Part shown: piece by piece, positions 1 to 12,631 of the stretch | Layout of the letters: each line of letters begins with the position of its first letter | Numbering within the stretch: position 1 is the first letter of the stretch | Assembly (NCBI GenBank): GCA_951406725.2 | Contig: OX597838.1 | Coordinates: 4,526,001 to 4,590,000 of the forward strand | Source: Octopus vulgaris | Lineage: Eukaryota | Direction: 5' to 3' | DNA: 64,000 nucleotides | Translations under genes and position numbers: made by a program | Notes under the pieces: generated by a model | The model's input: only the letters and a program-made list of their open reading frames with translations | Told to the model about the DNA's origin: nothing | The model's database searches: none

Positions 1-289
1 AGAGATGAAGGATAGAGGGAGAGAGAGAGAGAGAAGAGGGCACAGAGAGAGAGAGAGAGAGCAGAGAAGAGTGTGTGTGTGTGTGTGTGTGTGTGTGCAC
101 TAGTGTTTATGATTGTCCATGCTTGAGTGAATGTGTAATTGAGCGAGCAAGCATGTGCATGTAATGGAGTGAATGAATGAGTGCACATGAATGCATCTGT
201 GCAGATGCTGACAGGTAAGAGAGTAACTGCTCTGAGCAGGTGTTTTATCCATCAGTTTATGAGCCGTGGTATTTAGTCCAAGCCTGCAT

Positions 290-685
290 CAGCCTGCAGC
301 CTCCTACCTCACAGCTATCCATCGCATCTGCTGGTACGGACATGTCCTCTGTCTCCCACCAAGATCATCCTACCACGGCTTAATCCTCCCTCAATGCAGC
401 AGCTGCAGCCTGAAAGAGGCCTTTAAGATGACTTGTCAGGGTTGGCGAAAGCGATGTGGTGGACAACGAAAAACCTGGCTGATGACAGTCAAGGCTGATC
501 TGGAACCCAACCTAGGCCCCCATATCTATGGCGTTCGCCGCTGGAATAAGGAGTGGTTGGAGATCCCGCGGTTGTTAGCGCCAAATCGCCAGGCCTGGTC
601 GGCGTTTGTGAGAGATGCAGCATTGAGGATGAATGAAGCCAGCTCAACCCACCCCGGGTGAATGCTGTCTGAAGTCAAGTCAAAG
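290..685 (+). mobile_element. RTE-clade LINE 3' end fragment (ORF2 C-terminus plus tail)
   Basis: Translates as ...WYGHVL...GWRKRCGGQRKTWLMTVKADL...W..NRQAWSAFVRDA, the RTE C-terminal pattern, followed by a short AAGTC-repeat tail. Confidence 0.75.
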
Positions 686-891
686 ACAAGAAAGAGGCCT
701 TGTGGCAGGTCCCGCAGCAGATGGTTGGACATGATTAAAGAAGATATGCAGAGGCTTTGCAGACGCCACATTGCAAGATGCAGAGAGGCTGACACAAAGA
801 CGCCAGCGATGGAGAGTTCTGGTCGGCTCTGGGACCACTAACCTGCAATGACCCCAGCCTCATCAAGCAAGGGCATGAAGCAAGAAGTAAG
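686..891 (+). mobile_element. Second RTE-like LINE 3' end fragment
   Basis: KRPCGRSRSRWLDMIKEDM (R-P-x-G-R-P-x-x-x-W-x-D-like motif), then a 3' UTR ending AAGAAGTAAG. Confidence 0.6.
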
Positions 892-1120
892 CATCGATTT
901 ACTGAGCCTTTTATCCTCCCAGTTTTGGATCAACAAAATAAAATACCAGTTATGCACTAGGGGATTGACCTGATGAGATTTGTAGCCAATGGCCTACATT
1001 AGAAAGTATTTGGATGGTGGTACCTCAAGCCTTGCATTTAATACAGCAAGGGACCCCAACTGCTGTACCACAGACCAGAGCAAGGTCAGGGATCATTTGG
1101 TACTGAATAAATTATATAGG

Positions 1121-1390
1121 TACAGGCGTAGTTGTGTGGTAAGAATTTTGCTTCCCAAACCAAATGGTTCTGGGTTCAGTCTCACTGTGTGACACCTTGG
1201 GCAAGTATCTTCTAAATAGCCTTGGGGCAACCAAAGCCTTGTGAGTGGATCTGGTAGATGGAAACTGAAAGAAGCCCATTGTGTGCGTGTGTGTTTGTCC
1301 CCCCAGCCACCACTTGATAACTGATGTTGGTATGTTTATGCTCCTGTAACTTAGTGGTTTGGCAAAGGATATCGATAGAATAAGTACCCT
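1121..1390 (+). mobile_element. tRNA-derived SINE family A, diverged copy
   Basis: A-box-like GTTGTGTGG and B-box-like GGTTCAGTCTC; body CACCTTGGGCAAGT...GGAAACTGAAAGAAGCCC matches the other A copies. Confidence 0.85.
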
Positions 1391-1399
1391 CACTAGGTT

Positions 1400-1575
1400 T
1401 TGGTTGACCAAGGCTATAATAGAAGACACTTGCTGAAGGTGACATGCAATGGACCATTAAATGTATTTATGGGGAGAAAGATATCGAAATCCTGGTACTT
1501 GTTCTATTAGTGAGATTGAACCTGGAACCATGAGGTTGGAAAGCAAGCTTCTTACCACACAGCCACACCTACGCT
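1400..1575 (-). mobile_element. SINE A head fragment
   Basis: Reverse complement of the A head (cttaccacacagccac, agaagacacttgc), interrupted. Confidence 0.7.
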
Positions 1576-2074
1576 TATGGATAACTTCCAGAAATTCCTG
1601 ACCTCACAATGGTAGCAGAGGGCATTGCTATTCTATGATAAACTCTATAGGCCTTGCAGCAGCAGCAGCAGCAGCCAGGCCTGTGTGAAATTCATGTGAC
1701 TCTATGATGTAACTGCTCCACAAATATGCACAGCAGTGTCTGAACATTGTTAACTCATGGACTTTTGCCAAAAGCTGTGGCCTCCTCTACAAATGGATTC
1801 AGCAATTAGCCAAGTCCATCACGAGAGAGTCGAACCTCTAATTTCCTTTGGTTGCTAAGGGCAGGAAGTTTTCCTTTGTCTGGCGACTGTAGAAGACTAA
1901 ACTGAAAAGAATAAGGACAAGCATTTTCTTCTGTTGCTAAGGAGTCTTAACCCTTTAATATTCAGATCACACTGTCCAATGTAACACTTGATTATCCACA
2001 TTGCTTTGGTGTAATCGTGTATTATCTCAAAGCTTCAGGATTTCAACAATGTGCTTATATTTTACTTTTTGTTG

Positions 2075-3185
2075 CAGGCTTTGTGAAATTTCATCTGTCT
2101 TTTCATTCTGAGTTCAAATTCCACCTATATCAACTTTACTTTTCATCCTTTCAGGGTCGATAAAGTATGTACCAGCTATGTATTGGGGAAGACAAGACAG
2201 ACGAAATACCACTAAGCACTTCGCCCGGCGTGCTAACATTTCTGCCAGCTCACCACTTTAATAATAATCCTTTCTACTAAAGGCAGAAGGCCTGAAATTT
2301 GGGGGGGAGGGTGATAAAGGATTTACATTGGCCCCCAGTATGTAACTGATACTTATTTTATTGACACCGAAAGGATGAAAGGCAAAGAAGTTGACCTTGG
2401 CGGAATTTCAACTCAGAACATTAAGACAGACGAAATACTGCTAAGAATTTTGCCTGGTTTGCTAACGATTCGACCAGGTCACCACCTTCCACTGCTTTAA
2501 TAATAATAATAATAATGTATTTCTTTACTGCCTACAAGGGGCTAAACATAGAGGGGACAAACAAGGACAGACAAAGGGATTAAGTCGATTACATCGACCC
2601 CAGCGGGAAACTGGTACTTTATTTATCGACCCCGAAAGGATGAAAGGCAAAATCGACCTCGACAGAATTTGAACTCAGAACGTAACGACAGACGAAATAC
2701 GGCTACGCATTTCGCCCGGCATGATAATAATAATAATAATGGTTTCAAATTTTGCGACAAGGGCGGCCATTTGTGGGGGGAGGGGAAGTGTTGATGACAT
2801 CGACCCGTGTTCAACTGGTACTTAATTTATCGACCCCAAATGCTGGCCTTGTGCCACAATTTGAAAGCATCATCATCATTATAATAATAATAATAAAGGT
2901 GGTGAGCTGGTGGAATCATTAGCAGGCTGGACAAAATGCTAAGCGACATTTTGCTACTGTTTATTAGTCCCGTGTTCAAATTCCGCCATGGTCAACTTTG
3001 CATTTCATTCTTTCGGGGTAGATGAAATAAGTACCAGTTGATCCCTGGGGGTCGATGCAATCGACTTGACCTCCTAAGTTATTGACCTTGTGCCTCTTGT
3101 ACAAAGAATTATTATTATTATTATCATCATCATCATCATCATCGTATTATTAACCTTTCAACTTTCGGGGTTGATGAAAAAAGTG
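2075..3185. mobile_element. Cluster of about 7 SINE family B copies/fragments in both orientations
   Basis: Repeated TTCTGAGTTCAAATTCC / CCTTTCATCCTTTCGGGGTCGATAAA..GTACCAG motifs or their complements at about 2075-2190(+), 2195-2260(-), 2265-2490(-), 2518-2722(-), 2740-2840(-), 2896-3110(+) and 3150-3185(+), separated by (AAT)n tails. Confidence 0.88.
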
Positions 3186-3393
3186 ATCACATGACATACG
3201 ACACAGTAGCCTTAGACATTCAAAACTCTGTCTGGAGAATCACGACTGGAGCGTGTCTTTGATGAATGGTCGAAGTCGGTTGAACGAGGGGAAGGGGCTA
3301 AACAAGAAAGATCAACCCCCACCCCGATGATTTGGCTAAGATAAGAAGCTTGATAAATTTCAAGACATTTGTTTTATCAATGTCACCATGACA

Positions 3394-3428
<35 letters not shown>

Positions 3429-3707
3429 GATAATAATATTAGGAAGTATAGCTCCAAACTTACAGGGGAAAATTCAATTTAGTATTAAATCAAATTTCAC
3501 AATATAATATAAGTCTACCATTGTTTGAATTACACAATAGTGGTTTTTCTTTAATTTATATATATAAGATAGATATGGCTGGCCTATGGGGCCCATAGCT
3601 ATAGGCCAACAGGTTTAGGGTCTGACGAAACGCTGTGATGCTAAGTGCTTTTTGGACGGATTTATCATTTACAGACGATATATATATATATATATTATCA
3701 TTTTATA

Positions 3708-3866
3708 TGAGTGGCTGTGTGGTAAGTAGCTTGTTTACCAACCACATGGTTCCGGGTTCAGTCCCACTGCGTGGCACCTTGTGCAAGTGTCTTCTACTAT
3801 AGCCTCGGGCTGACCAAAGCCTTGTGAGTGGATTTGGTAGACGGAAACTGAAAGAAGCCCGTCGTA
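3708..3866 (+). mobile_element. SINE A 5' half
   Basis: GAGTGGCTGTGTGGTAAGTAGCTTG...GGTTCAGTCCCACTGCG...AAAGAAGCCCGTCG. Confidence 0.92.
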
Positions 3867-3879
3867 TATATGTGTGTAT

Positions 3880-4235
3880 ATATATATATATATTATCATT
3901 TTATTTATATATATATATATATATTATATTTTATTTTATATATATATATATATATATTATCATTTTATTTTTATATATATATATATATTATCATTTTATT
4001 TTATATATATATATATATTATCATTTTATTTATATATATATATATATTATCATTTTATTTATATATATATATATATTATCATTTTATTTATATATATATA
4101 TATATATTATCATTTTATTTATATATATATATATATATTATCATTTTATATATATATATATATATATTATCATTTTATTTATATATATATATATATATAT
4201 TATCATTTTATTTATAAATAAATATATATATTATC

Positions 4236-4266
<31 letters not shown>

Positions 4267-4357
4267 TATCATTTTATTTATATATATATATTATCATTTT
4301 ATTTATATATATATATATATTATCATTTTATTTATATATATATATATATATGATCAT

Positions 4358-4440
<83 letters not shown>
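3880..4440. repeat. About 30-bp minisatellite TTATCATTTTATTTA(TA)n
   Basis: About 15 tandem copies of a fixed AT-rich core separated by variable (TA)n. Confidence 0.92.
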
Positions 4441-4447
<7 letters not shown>

Positions 4448-4769
4448 CTATGCCTGTAAATGCTGATTAAACTCTTAATTGGAGCAACGTAAATGTACGA
4501 ACTAGGGATATGTGTGTGTGTGTGTATGTGTCTGTCTGTGTGTGTGTGGGCGTGCACAGTGGCTATCAAAGTGTTGTGAATAGGATAAAGTGATTGATGT
4601 AAAAAAAGAAACAGCTGGGCTGTGTGTACGTGCATATGCGTATGTGTGTGTGTGTGTGCGTGTAAAAAAGGGCGGGGCGACCAAAGTTTTATATCTACAC
4701 AGACAGACACACACTGTAAACATACAATATGCAAGGTAGACCTACTTCACAGAAAAACAAAATTCGTTT

Positions 4770-4825
<56 letters not shown>

Positions 4826-4827
<2 letters not shown>

Positions 4828-5215
4828 CTCTTTACTCTTTTACTCGTTTCAGTCATTTGACTGCGGCCATGCTGGAGCACCGCCTTTAGTCGAGCAAATC
4901 GACCCCGGGACTTATTCTTTGTAAGAATACAGTACTTATTCTATCGGTCTCTTTTGCCGAACCGCTAAGTGACGGGGACGTAAACACACCAGCATCGGTT
5001 GTCAAGCAATGCTAGGGGGACAAACACAGACACACACACACACACATATATATACGACAGGCTTCTTTCAGTTTCCGTCTACCAAATCCACTCACAAGGC
5101 ATTGGTCGGCCCGGGGCTATAGCAGAAGACACTTGCCCAAGATGCCACGCAGTGGGACTGAACCCGGAACCATGTGGCTGGTTAGCAAGCTACTTACCAC
5201 ACAGCCACTCCTACG

Positions 5216-5217
<2 letters not shown>
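4826..5217 (-). mobile_element. SINE A, full length
   Basis: Head (AGGAGTGGCTGTGTGG on minus), internal (TG)/(TA) tract, tail GGCGGTGCTCCAGCATGGCCGCAGTCAAATGACTGAAAC and (GAGTAAAA)n end. Confidence 0.95.
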
Positions 5218-5263
<46 letters not shown>

Positions 5264-5266
<3 letters not shown>

Positions 5267-5345
5267 CCTGAGCGCCATACTAATACAATTGTTCGTTTGT
5301 TTTCCACCTGCCTTCGTCTTTTGTCTATTTTCATAAAGCTTCCCG

Positions 5346-5348
<3 letters not shown>
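5264..5348 (+). mobile_element. Fragment of the (TA)n-embedded hammerhead-element family
   Basis: TTTCCTGAGCG...TAATACA...CACCTG(C/T)CTTCGTCTTTTG matches the 14618-14800 element (minus) and partly 50157-50358; flanked by (TA)n on both sides. Confidence 0.7.
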
Positions 5349-5387
<39 letters not shown>

Positions 5388-5955
5388 TTAAAAATAAGCA
5401 TCCTCATTAATCAACGCCAATTCACGAGACACTCAAGGAAGACGCACACACACACACACATATAAACACGTATATACAAACACATACGTGTATGATGTGC
5501 ACGTACGTACACACATACCTTTGGACTAGAAATAAGAAAAGTTTCAACGAGAAGTTCCGATATTCTTGATGTCTGCAAGAAACTTAAACAAACTCGCCCA
5601 CAAACAATTGCCGTTTTACACACAGACAGACGTACGTAATATAAATAAACTTCATCTTTATTTCCTGAAGTAGCGAGGTAGACAATCGCCAGCACACAAA
5701 GCGAATACACACACACATAAGTAGTTATATATATATATATATGTATATATATTTATATATATATATGTATATATATTTATATGTATATGAAGCCTTTGTT
5801 TAATTGCGTCAATTAAGCGCCAGTCATAATCGTATATTTAATTGCTTTTATTTTCATTTTTTGCAAACTTACTGCTCAAAATTTGACATCCAAAACATCT
5901 GTGTCTCTCTCTCTCTAAGTGTGTGTGTATACACTCTCTCACTCTCTCTCTCTCC

Positions 5956-5995
<40 letters not shown>

Positions 5996-5997
5996 GT

Positions 5998-6152
5998 ATG
6001 TTTCTTTATTGCCCACAAGGGGCTAAACATAGAGGGGATAAACAAGGACAGACAAAGGGATTAAGTCGATTACACTGGTACTTTATTTAATCGACCCCGA
6101 AAGGATGAAAAGCGAAGTCGACCTCGGCGGAATTTGAACTCAGAACGTAACG
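5998..6152 (-). mobile_element. SINE B 3' part
   Basis: tttctttattgcccacaagggg...cgaccccgaaaggatgaaa...gaatttgaactcagaacg. Confidence 0.9.
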
Positions 6153-6234
6153 ACATATATATATACACACACAGAGTGAGACAGACAGAGGGATATATAG
6201 ACTAATATATACGTGTGCGTGTATATATATATAT

Positions 6235-6278
<44 letters not shown>

Positions 6279-6606
6279 ACACGGCAGAGGTGTGTCCGTC
6301 ATATCAAGTAGATATAGGGGTAGTCGTCCAACTGTATCGGGGTCCCCATCGTATTCTACGTTCAAATTCTATATACGCGTGAGGAGTTGTTAACGCGTAT
6401 GCAAATGTGCTTACGTGCTCGCTTATTAATTGACACCCTCCAAAGAATCAAGGCTAAACCCGTAACGATTTGCAGAGATTAATTTCTAGGAATTGGGAGA
6501 TAGTCAACGCCTGATATTGGACCACTGGTTTCATTCTGCGGGTGAGAAACCTTCGGGACTGGCTTAAAGGTTCCCAGCCCTGAGCACCAAAGGAGACAAT
6601 AACACT

Positions 6607-6653
<47 letters not shown>

Positions 6654-7469
6654 GAACTCTCTCTATATATACACACAAAAAAAAATATATATATACTACA
6701 CACACATATATACACACACACATACATACAAACACATACATACACATATACACATATATATACACATATATACACACATATATACACACACATATACACA
6801 CATATATATACACACATATATATATACACACATATATACACACATATATATATATACACACACATATACACACACACATATATACACACATATATATACA
6901 CATATATATACACACATATATACACACATATATATACACACACACATATATACACACATATTTACACTACACACACACACATATATATACACACACACAC
7001 ACACATATATATATATACACACACACATCTACATCTACAGCTTCCTATGTCAACTCTGCAAGTTGATACAAGAGTAAAGTTGTTATAAAGTTGCAGAAGA
7101 AAGCAGAAAAATATACAGACCCAATCTTCCATAGTTTTGTCAGACGATGCGAGAGAAACCAGACGAAAGTGAAGCTTCTCAATGGGATGAGAGTGCGTGA
7201 GTGGGTGTGTGTGTGTGTGAGGCGAGTGGTTTGTGGGTGTGTACGTGTGTGTGTATGCGGTCTGAATAGAGTGCGTGTGTGAATGTGTGTGTGGGTTTAT
7301 TTGGACAACGTAGTAAGCTCCCCTGTTTAATATTCTGTGAAACTGTGACGGCGGCGGTGGCGGAGCAGTTGCGGAGGAGGGGAGGCGGTGGATATGTTTA
7401 GTAAGGAAGGAGTGAAGGGGCAGTAGAGGTGTTGGCTGTAGGAGACAGAGAGAGAGAGCTAGAGAGAGA

Positions 7470-7775
7470 GGGGGGAAGAGGGTTTGGGAGTGAGTGAGAG
7501 AGAAATAGAGATAGAAAGATGAGGAAGTGAGAGAGAGAGAGAGAGTTTGTGTGTGAGAGACAGACACTGATAAAGAGAAAGAGAGCAAGAGACACAGTCA
7601 GACGATGGAGAGAGAGAGAGAGAGGAAGAGGGTTTGGGAGTGAGTGGGAGAGAAATAGAGATAGAAAGATGAGGAAGAAGTGAGAGAGAGAGTTTGTGTG
7701 TGAGAGAAAAATAGAGAGGGGGAGAGACAGACACTGATAAAGAGTCAGACGATGGAGAGTGAGAGAGAGACAGAT
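7470..7775. repeat. Purine-rich tandem duplication (about 150-bp unit, two copies)
   Basis: GGAAGAGGGTTTGGGAGTGAGTG..AGAAATAGAGATAGAAAGATGAGGAAG...CAGACACTGATAAAGA...CAGACGATGGAGAG occurs twice. Confidence 0.8.
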
Positions 7776-8211
7776 AAACACAAAGAGAGAGAGAGAGAGA
7801 GAGAGATAAAAATGGAGCAATAGAGAGAGAGAGAGAGAGACATTGTGGTCCTCCCACTCACATACCGATAACTTAACGACCTCTGTGTTAAAACTATTTC
7901 TAAGGCGGTCGAGCGAAGTTTGAGGGGGCAAGGCTTTTGGCTGCTATCTCTAGCATGGGATGAGGAGGCGGAGAAGAATGAGGAAAACTATTTTTAGTAT
8001 TAATGCAAGAACTGTGAGGACCCAAGAAACTAGAGGCGGAGGAAGCGGCGCAATCTGTGTCGAGAGAACTTAATGATTCATTATTTTTCATTTTAGTTTA
8101 TTTTTTACTAATTCGTAATGATGCAGCATAAATTAAGAGTTTGGGTTTCTTCAGACTTTTCTTAAGAAGTGAGAAGACAAGAGGCCCAGAGTTTCTCAGC
8201 ACCTGGCAGAG

Positions 8212-8311
8212 NNNNNNNNNNNNNNNNNNNNNNNNNNNNNNNNNNNNNNNNNNNNNNNNNNNNNNNNNNNNNNNNNNNNNNNNNNNNNNNNNNNNNNNNN
8301 NNNNNNNNNNN
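8212..8311. other. Assembly gap (100 N)
   Basis: Run of exactly 100 N, a typical fixed-size scaffolding gap. Confidence 0.99.
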
Positions 8312-8349
8312 ATCATCATTTATAAAAGAAACCATTATTATTGTTATTA

Positions 8350-8419
<70 letters not shown>

Positions 8420-8863
8420 CATTATCGTTATTATTATTTTTTAATCTGATAAAGCAGATTGCGAAATGCATTAACTTTAATGATAAAAGTATTTTTGGAA
8501 AATTATTTTGAAGAAAGAAAGAAAAAACGATATTAAATTGGAATTGGAATTTATTGTAATATAAATAAATAAATAAATAAACAAATAAATAAATAAATAA
8601 ATAAATAAATTAAATAAATAAAATAATAAAAAAATAAATAAATGAAGGAATAATGATAAGAATTAGGCTCTCACCTTTACCCATTCTAAAGCAAAAGTGG
8701 AACGTTTCGTAGTCGCTTGACCTGTTATAAATAGTAGCTAATTCCTTCTCTGAAATCACACCGTACCGTAATATCATATTGTTTTGGGTCCTAGAACTCA
8801 TGGAATCGATGACCCTGGTTTTCTCATCGTATAAGTGGCCTAAATCCCAAACACTTTTGATCC

Positions 8864-9195
8864 TTCTTTGTAAAAGACTCCGCCGGTTACGACGACGAGG
8901 GTTCCGGTTGATCCGAATCAACGGAACAGCTTGCTCGTGAAATTAACGTGCAAATGGCTGAGCATTCCACAGACACGTGTACCCTTAACGTAGTTCTCGG
9001 GGATAATCAGTGTGACACAGAGAGTGACAAGGCTGACCCTTTGAAATACAAGTACAACTCATTTTTGCCAGCTGAGTGGACTGGAGCAACGTGAAATAAA
9101 GTGTCTTGCTGAAGGACACAACGCGTCGCCGGGAATCGAACTCACAACCTTACGATCATGAGCCGAATGCCCTAACCACTAAGCCACGCGCCCTC
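8864..9195 (-). mobile_element. tRNA-derived CORE-like SINE family D, full length
   Basis: Head GAGGGCGCGTGGCTTAGTGG..GTTCGATTCCC; CORE-like GTGTCCTT..GCAAGACACTTTA..CTCAGCTG..AAATGAG; 13-bp TSD ACACTTTTGATCC at 8851-8863 and 9196-9208. Confidence 0.93.
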
Positions 9196-10310
9196 ACACT
9201 TTTGATCCAGTTGGGACGCCGTTCCATCGTGGAGTTACTCACTAACAGGAGCAAAAAAATAAATGAAGCGTTTTTGCACCATCCCCCCGCGGAAATCGAA
9301 ACTGCAATCTTGCGATCGTGATTGTGGCACTTTAACAACTAGGCCACGCGCATTCACGGTGTATTAACACAGTAAGGATAAAAGGCAGGGCGATAATGTA
9401 TTAACCATTGCAGATAGTAGGGTGGCCGATTGGCAGAATGGTTAGAAACACCGAACAAATACTTTGTGAGTTCGATTTTGGCTCCTGGCATCTTGGATCG
9501 AATCTGGCTCAGGACAACGTTTGTTTTATTTTTTCGGACTTGATAAATGAGGCAGCAATCAATTGCTAGTATCTCTCTTTCTTCCCCACCCCTATCTAAC
9601 TCTCTTTTTATTTTTCAGAATCAGTTGCTCCGTAACAAAAGCTTGGGGACCCATTCATAGTGTCTCCCAACTCCCAAGATAAAACTTTCCACTCTATAGG
9701 AGTAGAACAGTCGGGCTGTTCAGGTCCTCATAGTAAAGCACATGATGATGACAAGTTTTAGATAAGAATAGGTCTGAATAAAAAAAAAAATTGAAAAAGT
9801 AACGGTCACGGTTGGAGCACTTTGTCGACTTACACGCTCCCGCTCACCAAAGATGTGTGACCTTATGTGTTTGTAAGATATAATTTTTTTAATACCGCGA
9901 TAGGGATAATTATTATAAAATAGACAGAAATTGCACCTTTGCAGATAAAGAACTTGAAGGACGGTGGAGTGTCAGGAGCAACAGAACGAAGTACAAAACC
10001 GTTGGAGAAGGAGTACAGAGGAGGGTAAAGTATAGGGGAATGGTAGGAGCATAATTGATATACAACGTAGAGGGCAGTGAGTAACAGGATCTCTGCTGAA
10101 CCCGATAAAGTACCTGGTAACTTTAAATTACGTCACTGTACGTTCTGAGTTCAAACTGAGATCGAGATCAACCTTTCTTTTCATCCGTCCAGTGACTGGT
10201 AGAATAGGTACCAGTCATATAATGGTAGTGTCAAGCATCAATAGTATAAACCTCAACACTAATATACTAGTGCGTTGTTTCCACCCCACTGGAGGTGTGA
10301 TCCTTCCATC

Positions 10311-10898
10311 AAGGCGGCGAGCTGGCAGAATCGTTAGCACGCTGGGCGAAATGCTTTGTGGTATTTCGTCCGCCGCTGCGTTCTGAGTTCAAATTCCGCC
10401 GAGGTCGACTTTACCTTTCATCCTTTCGGGGTCGATAAATTAAGTACCAGTTACGCACTGGGGTCAATGTAATCGACTTAATCCGTTTATCTGTACTTGT
10501 TTGTCCCCTCTGTGTATAGCCCCTTGTGGGTAGTAAAGAAATAGGTATTTCGTCTGTCGTTACGTTCTGAGTTCAAATTCCGCCGAGGTTGACTTTGCCC
10601 TTCATCCTTTCGGGGTCGATAAAAAAAAGTACTAGTTTCGCACTGGGGTCGATGTAATCGACTTAATCCGTTTATCTGTACTTGTTTGTCCCCTCTGTGT
10701 ATAGCCCCTTGTGGGTAGTAAAGAAATAGGTATTTCGTCTGCCGCTACGTTCTGAGTTCAAATTCCGCCGAGGTCGACTTTACCTTTCATCCTTTCGGGG
10801 TCGATAAATTAAGTACCAGTTACGCACTGGGGTCGATGTAATCGACTTAATCCCTTTGTCTGTCCTTGTTTGTCCCCTCTTGTGGGCAATAAAGAAAT
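10311..10898 (+). mobile_element. SINE B head plus three tandem body units (trimer)
   Basis: AAGGCGGCGAGCTGGCAGAATCG head; unit GGTATTTCGTC...AAAGAAATA restarts at 10543 and 10729; flanked by imperfect TSD AGGTGT(GA)TCCTTCCATC / AGGTGTCCTTCCATC. Confidence 0.93.
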
Positions 10899-11540
10899 AG
10901 GTGTCCTTCCATCTGGCACCTCATGGAGGAAGAAACCTTATATGATTGTTATGGGCGTCCTGTTGCTATTGATGCAGTTATTGTTGCAATAGCTGTTACA
11001 GTTGCTGCAGTTTATGATGCACTTGTTGCACCTTACCTTATTGTCTTCCATGAGTTGCTGCATCTCCAGTTGCACATTTTTACCCTGTTCCTCACTCTCT
11101 CCCCTTTGTCTCCCGTTGTCCCTCTCTCCGCGGTCTCCCTCTTTCTCTTCCGTTCCCTCCCCCCACAATTTTCTCTTCTCTTTCTTTCTCTCCCCATATC
11201 TCCGCCTCTCCCTTTCTCCCCCCTTATCTCTGCCTCTCCCTTTCTCTCTCCCCACTCTTTTCATCTCCCTTTCTTCCTGTCCCTTCCTCCGTTCTCTCCT
11301 CTTCTCTCTCTCTCTCTCTAGCACAACTACTTATCGTTGCTATTTGTTCAGCCGCTGCTGTATTTGTTGCTGTTGCTGTTGTTGTTGTTGTTATTGTTAT
11401 TATTGTTGTTTATGTTGTTGTTGTTGTTGCTGTTGCCTCTGCTCTTGCTGTTGTGTTCTACAGATGTAGTTTTCGATTAGCGCCATTCGGTGTTGTGCTC
11501 TGTGAGCCGTCACAAACAACAATCAACTACAAGAAGAAGA

Positions 11541-11579
<39 letters not shown>

Positions 11580-12371
11580 GCTACTACTACACGAACAATA
11601 CCATCTAAAGGCAACAACAAAAACATCAAGAGAATAGTTTTATGAGTAAAAATAAAATGAAGCAAGAAAATTTGAAAGGGGGGGAGGATGGTGTAGGGGA
11701 GAGAAGGGGAAAGGGTGAGAAGGTAAGAGAGAAAGGAAGAGAAGGAGAGAGGAGGAGAGGAGAGAGAAGAGAGAGGAGACTGTGGTAGAGAGATAGAGAG
11801 AGAGAGGAGAAAAGAGAGATAGAGAGAGGTAAAGGAAGGGAGAGAGAGCGGGAGAGAAAGAGGTAGGAGACGGGACAGAAGGAGAGAGGGGACAAAGGGA
11901 GAGCGGGAGAGGGAGGGAGAGAGAGAGAGGGAGGGAGGGAGAGAGAGGGAAGGAGAGAAAGAGAGGGAGAGTGGGTGGCAGGAGATGCAGCAACAGCAAC
12001 ATCAGGTGCAATGAGTGCGTCAGTAAATGCAACAACGAGATTAGACGTCAACAACACCAACATCAATAAATAGCCTGCGACGACGACGACGACGACCAAA
12101 ACTACCACCACGACTACCACCACCACGACGACCACCACCACCAACATTACAACCACCACTACCACCAACAACATTACCATTACTTCCGCCACAAGCATCA
12201 ACATCATTACCATCATAAACATCACAAGCATTTTTACCCCCCCACCACCAATGCAATCATTACCACTACAACCAACACCAACACAATTATGGCCACCACC
12301 GGCACTGCCATCACCACCGGCACTGCCATCACCACCTCCACCACTACTACTACAGCAGCAACAACAGAGGA

Positions 12372-12457
12372 GGGGCAATGGCCCAGTGGTTAGGGCAGCG
12401 GACTCGCGGTCGGAGGATCGCGGTTTAGATTCCCAGACCGGGCGTTGTGTGTGTTTG
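12372..12457 (+). mobile_element. SINE family C head fragment
   Basis: GGGGCAATGGCCCAGTGGTTAGGGCAGCGGACTCGCGG...CCCAGACCGGGCGTTGTG. Confidence 0.85.
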
Positions 12458-12566
12458 GAATCGAACGTGGAAAGGCTGGTGACTGCTGACGGGGCATTTT
12501 CTGTATCAACTTAATATATATTATTAAGTGTATTGATATATATACATATGTATATATATATGTATA

Positions 12567-12631
<65 letters not shown>

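Noticed and set aside
970-1010. CTGATGA...GAAA with a TGTAG/CTACA stem
   Set aside because: No stem III or stem I; lies in a degenerate SINE B tail
4999-5336. Recurring peptides such as FRLPNPLTRHWSARGYSRRHLPK and FQSFDCGHAGAPPL in many ORFs
   Set aside because: Incidental translations of non-coding SINE A copies
7398-8091. Minus-strand ORFs MPPQTSLDRLRNSF... and MKNNESLSSLD...
   Set aside because: They overlap a family-F repeat remnant and (CT)n tracts, with no recognisable domain
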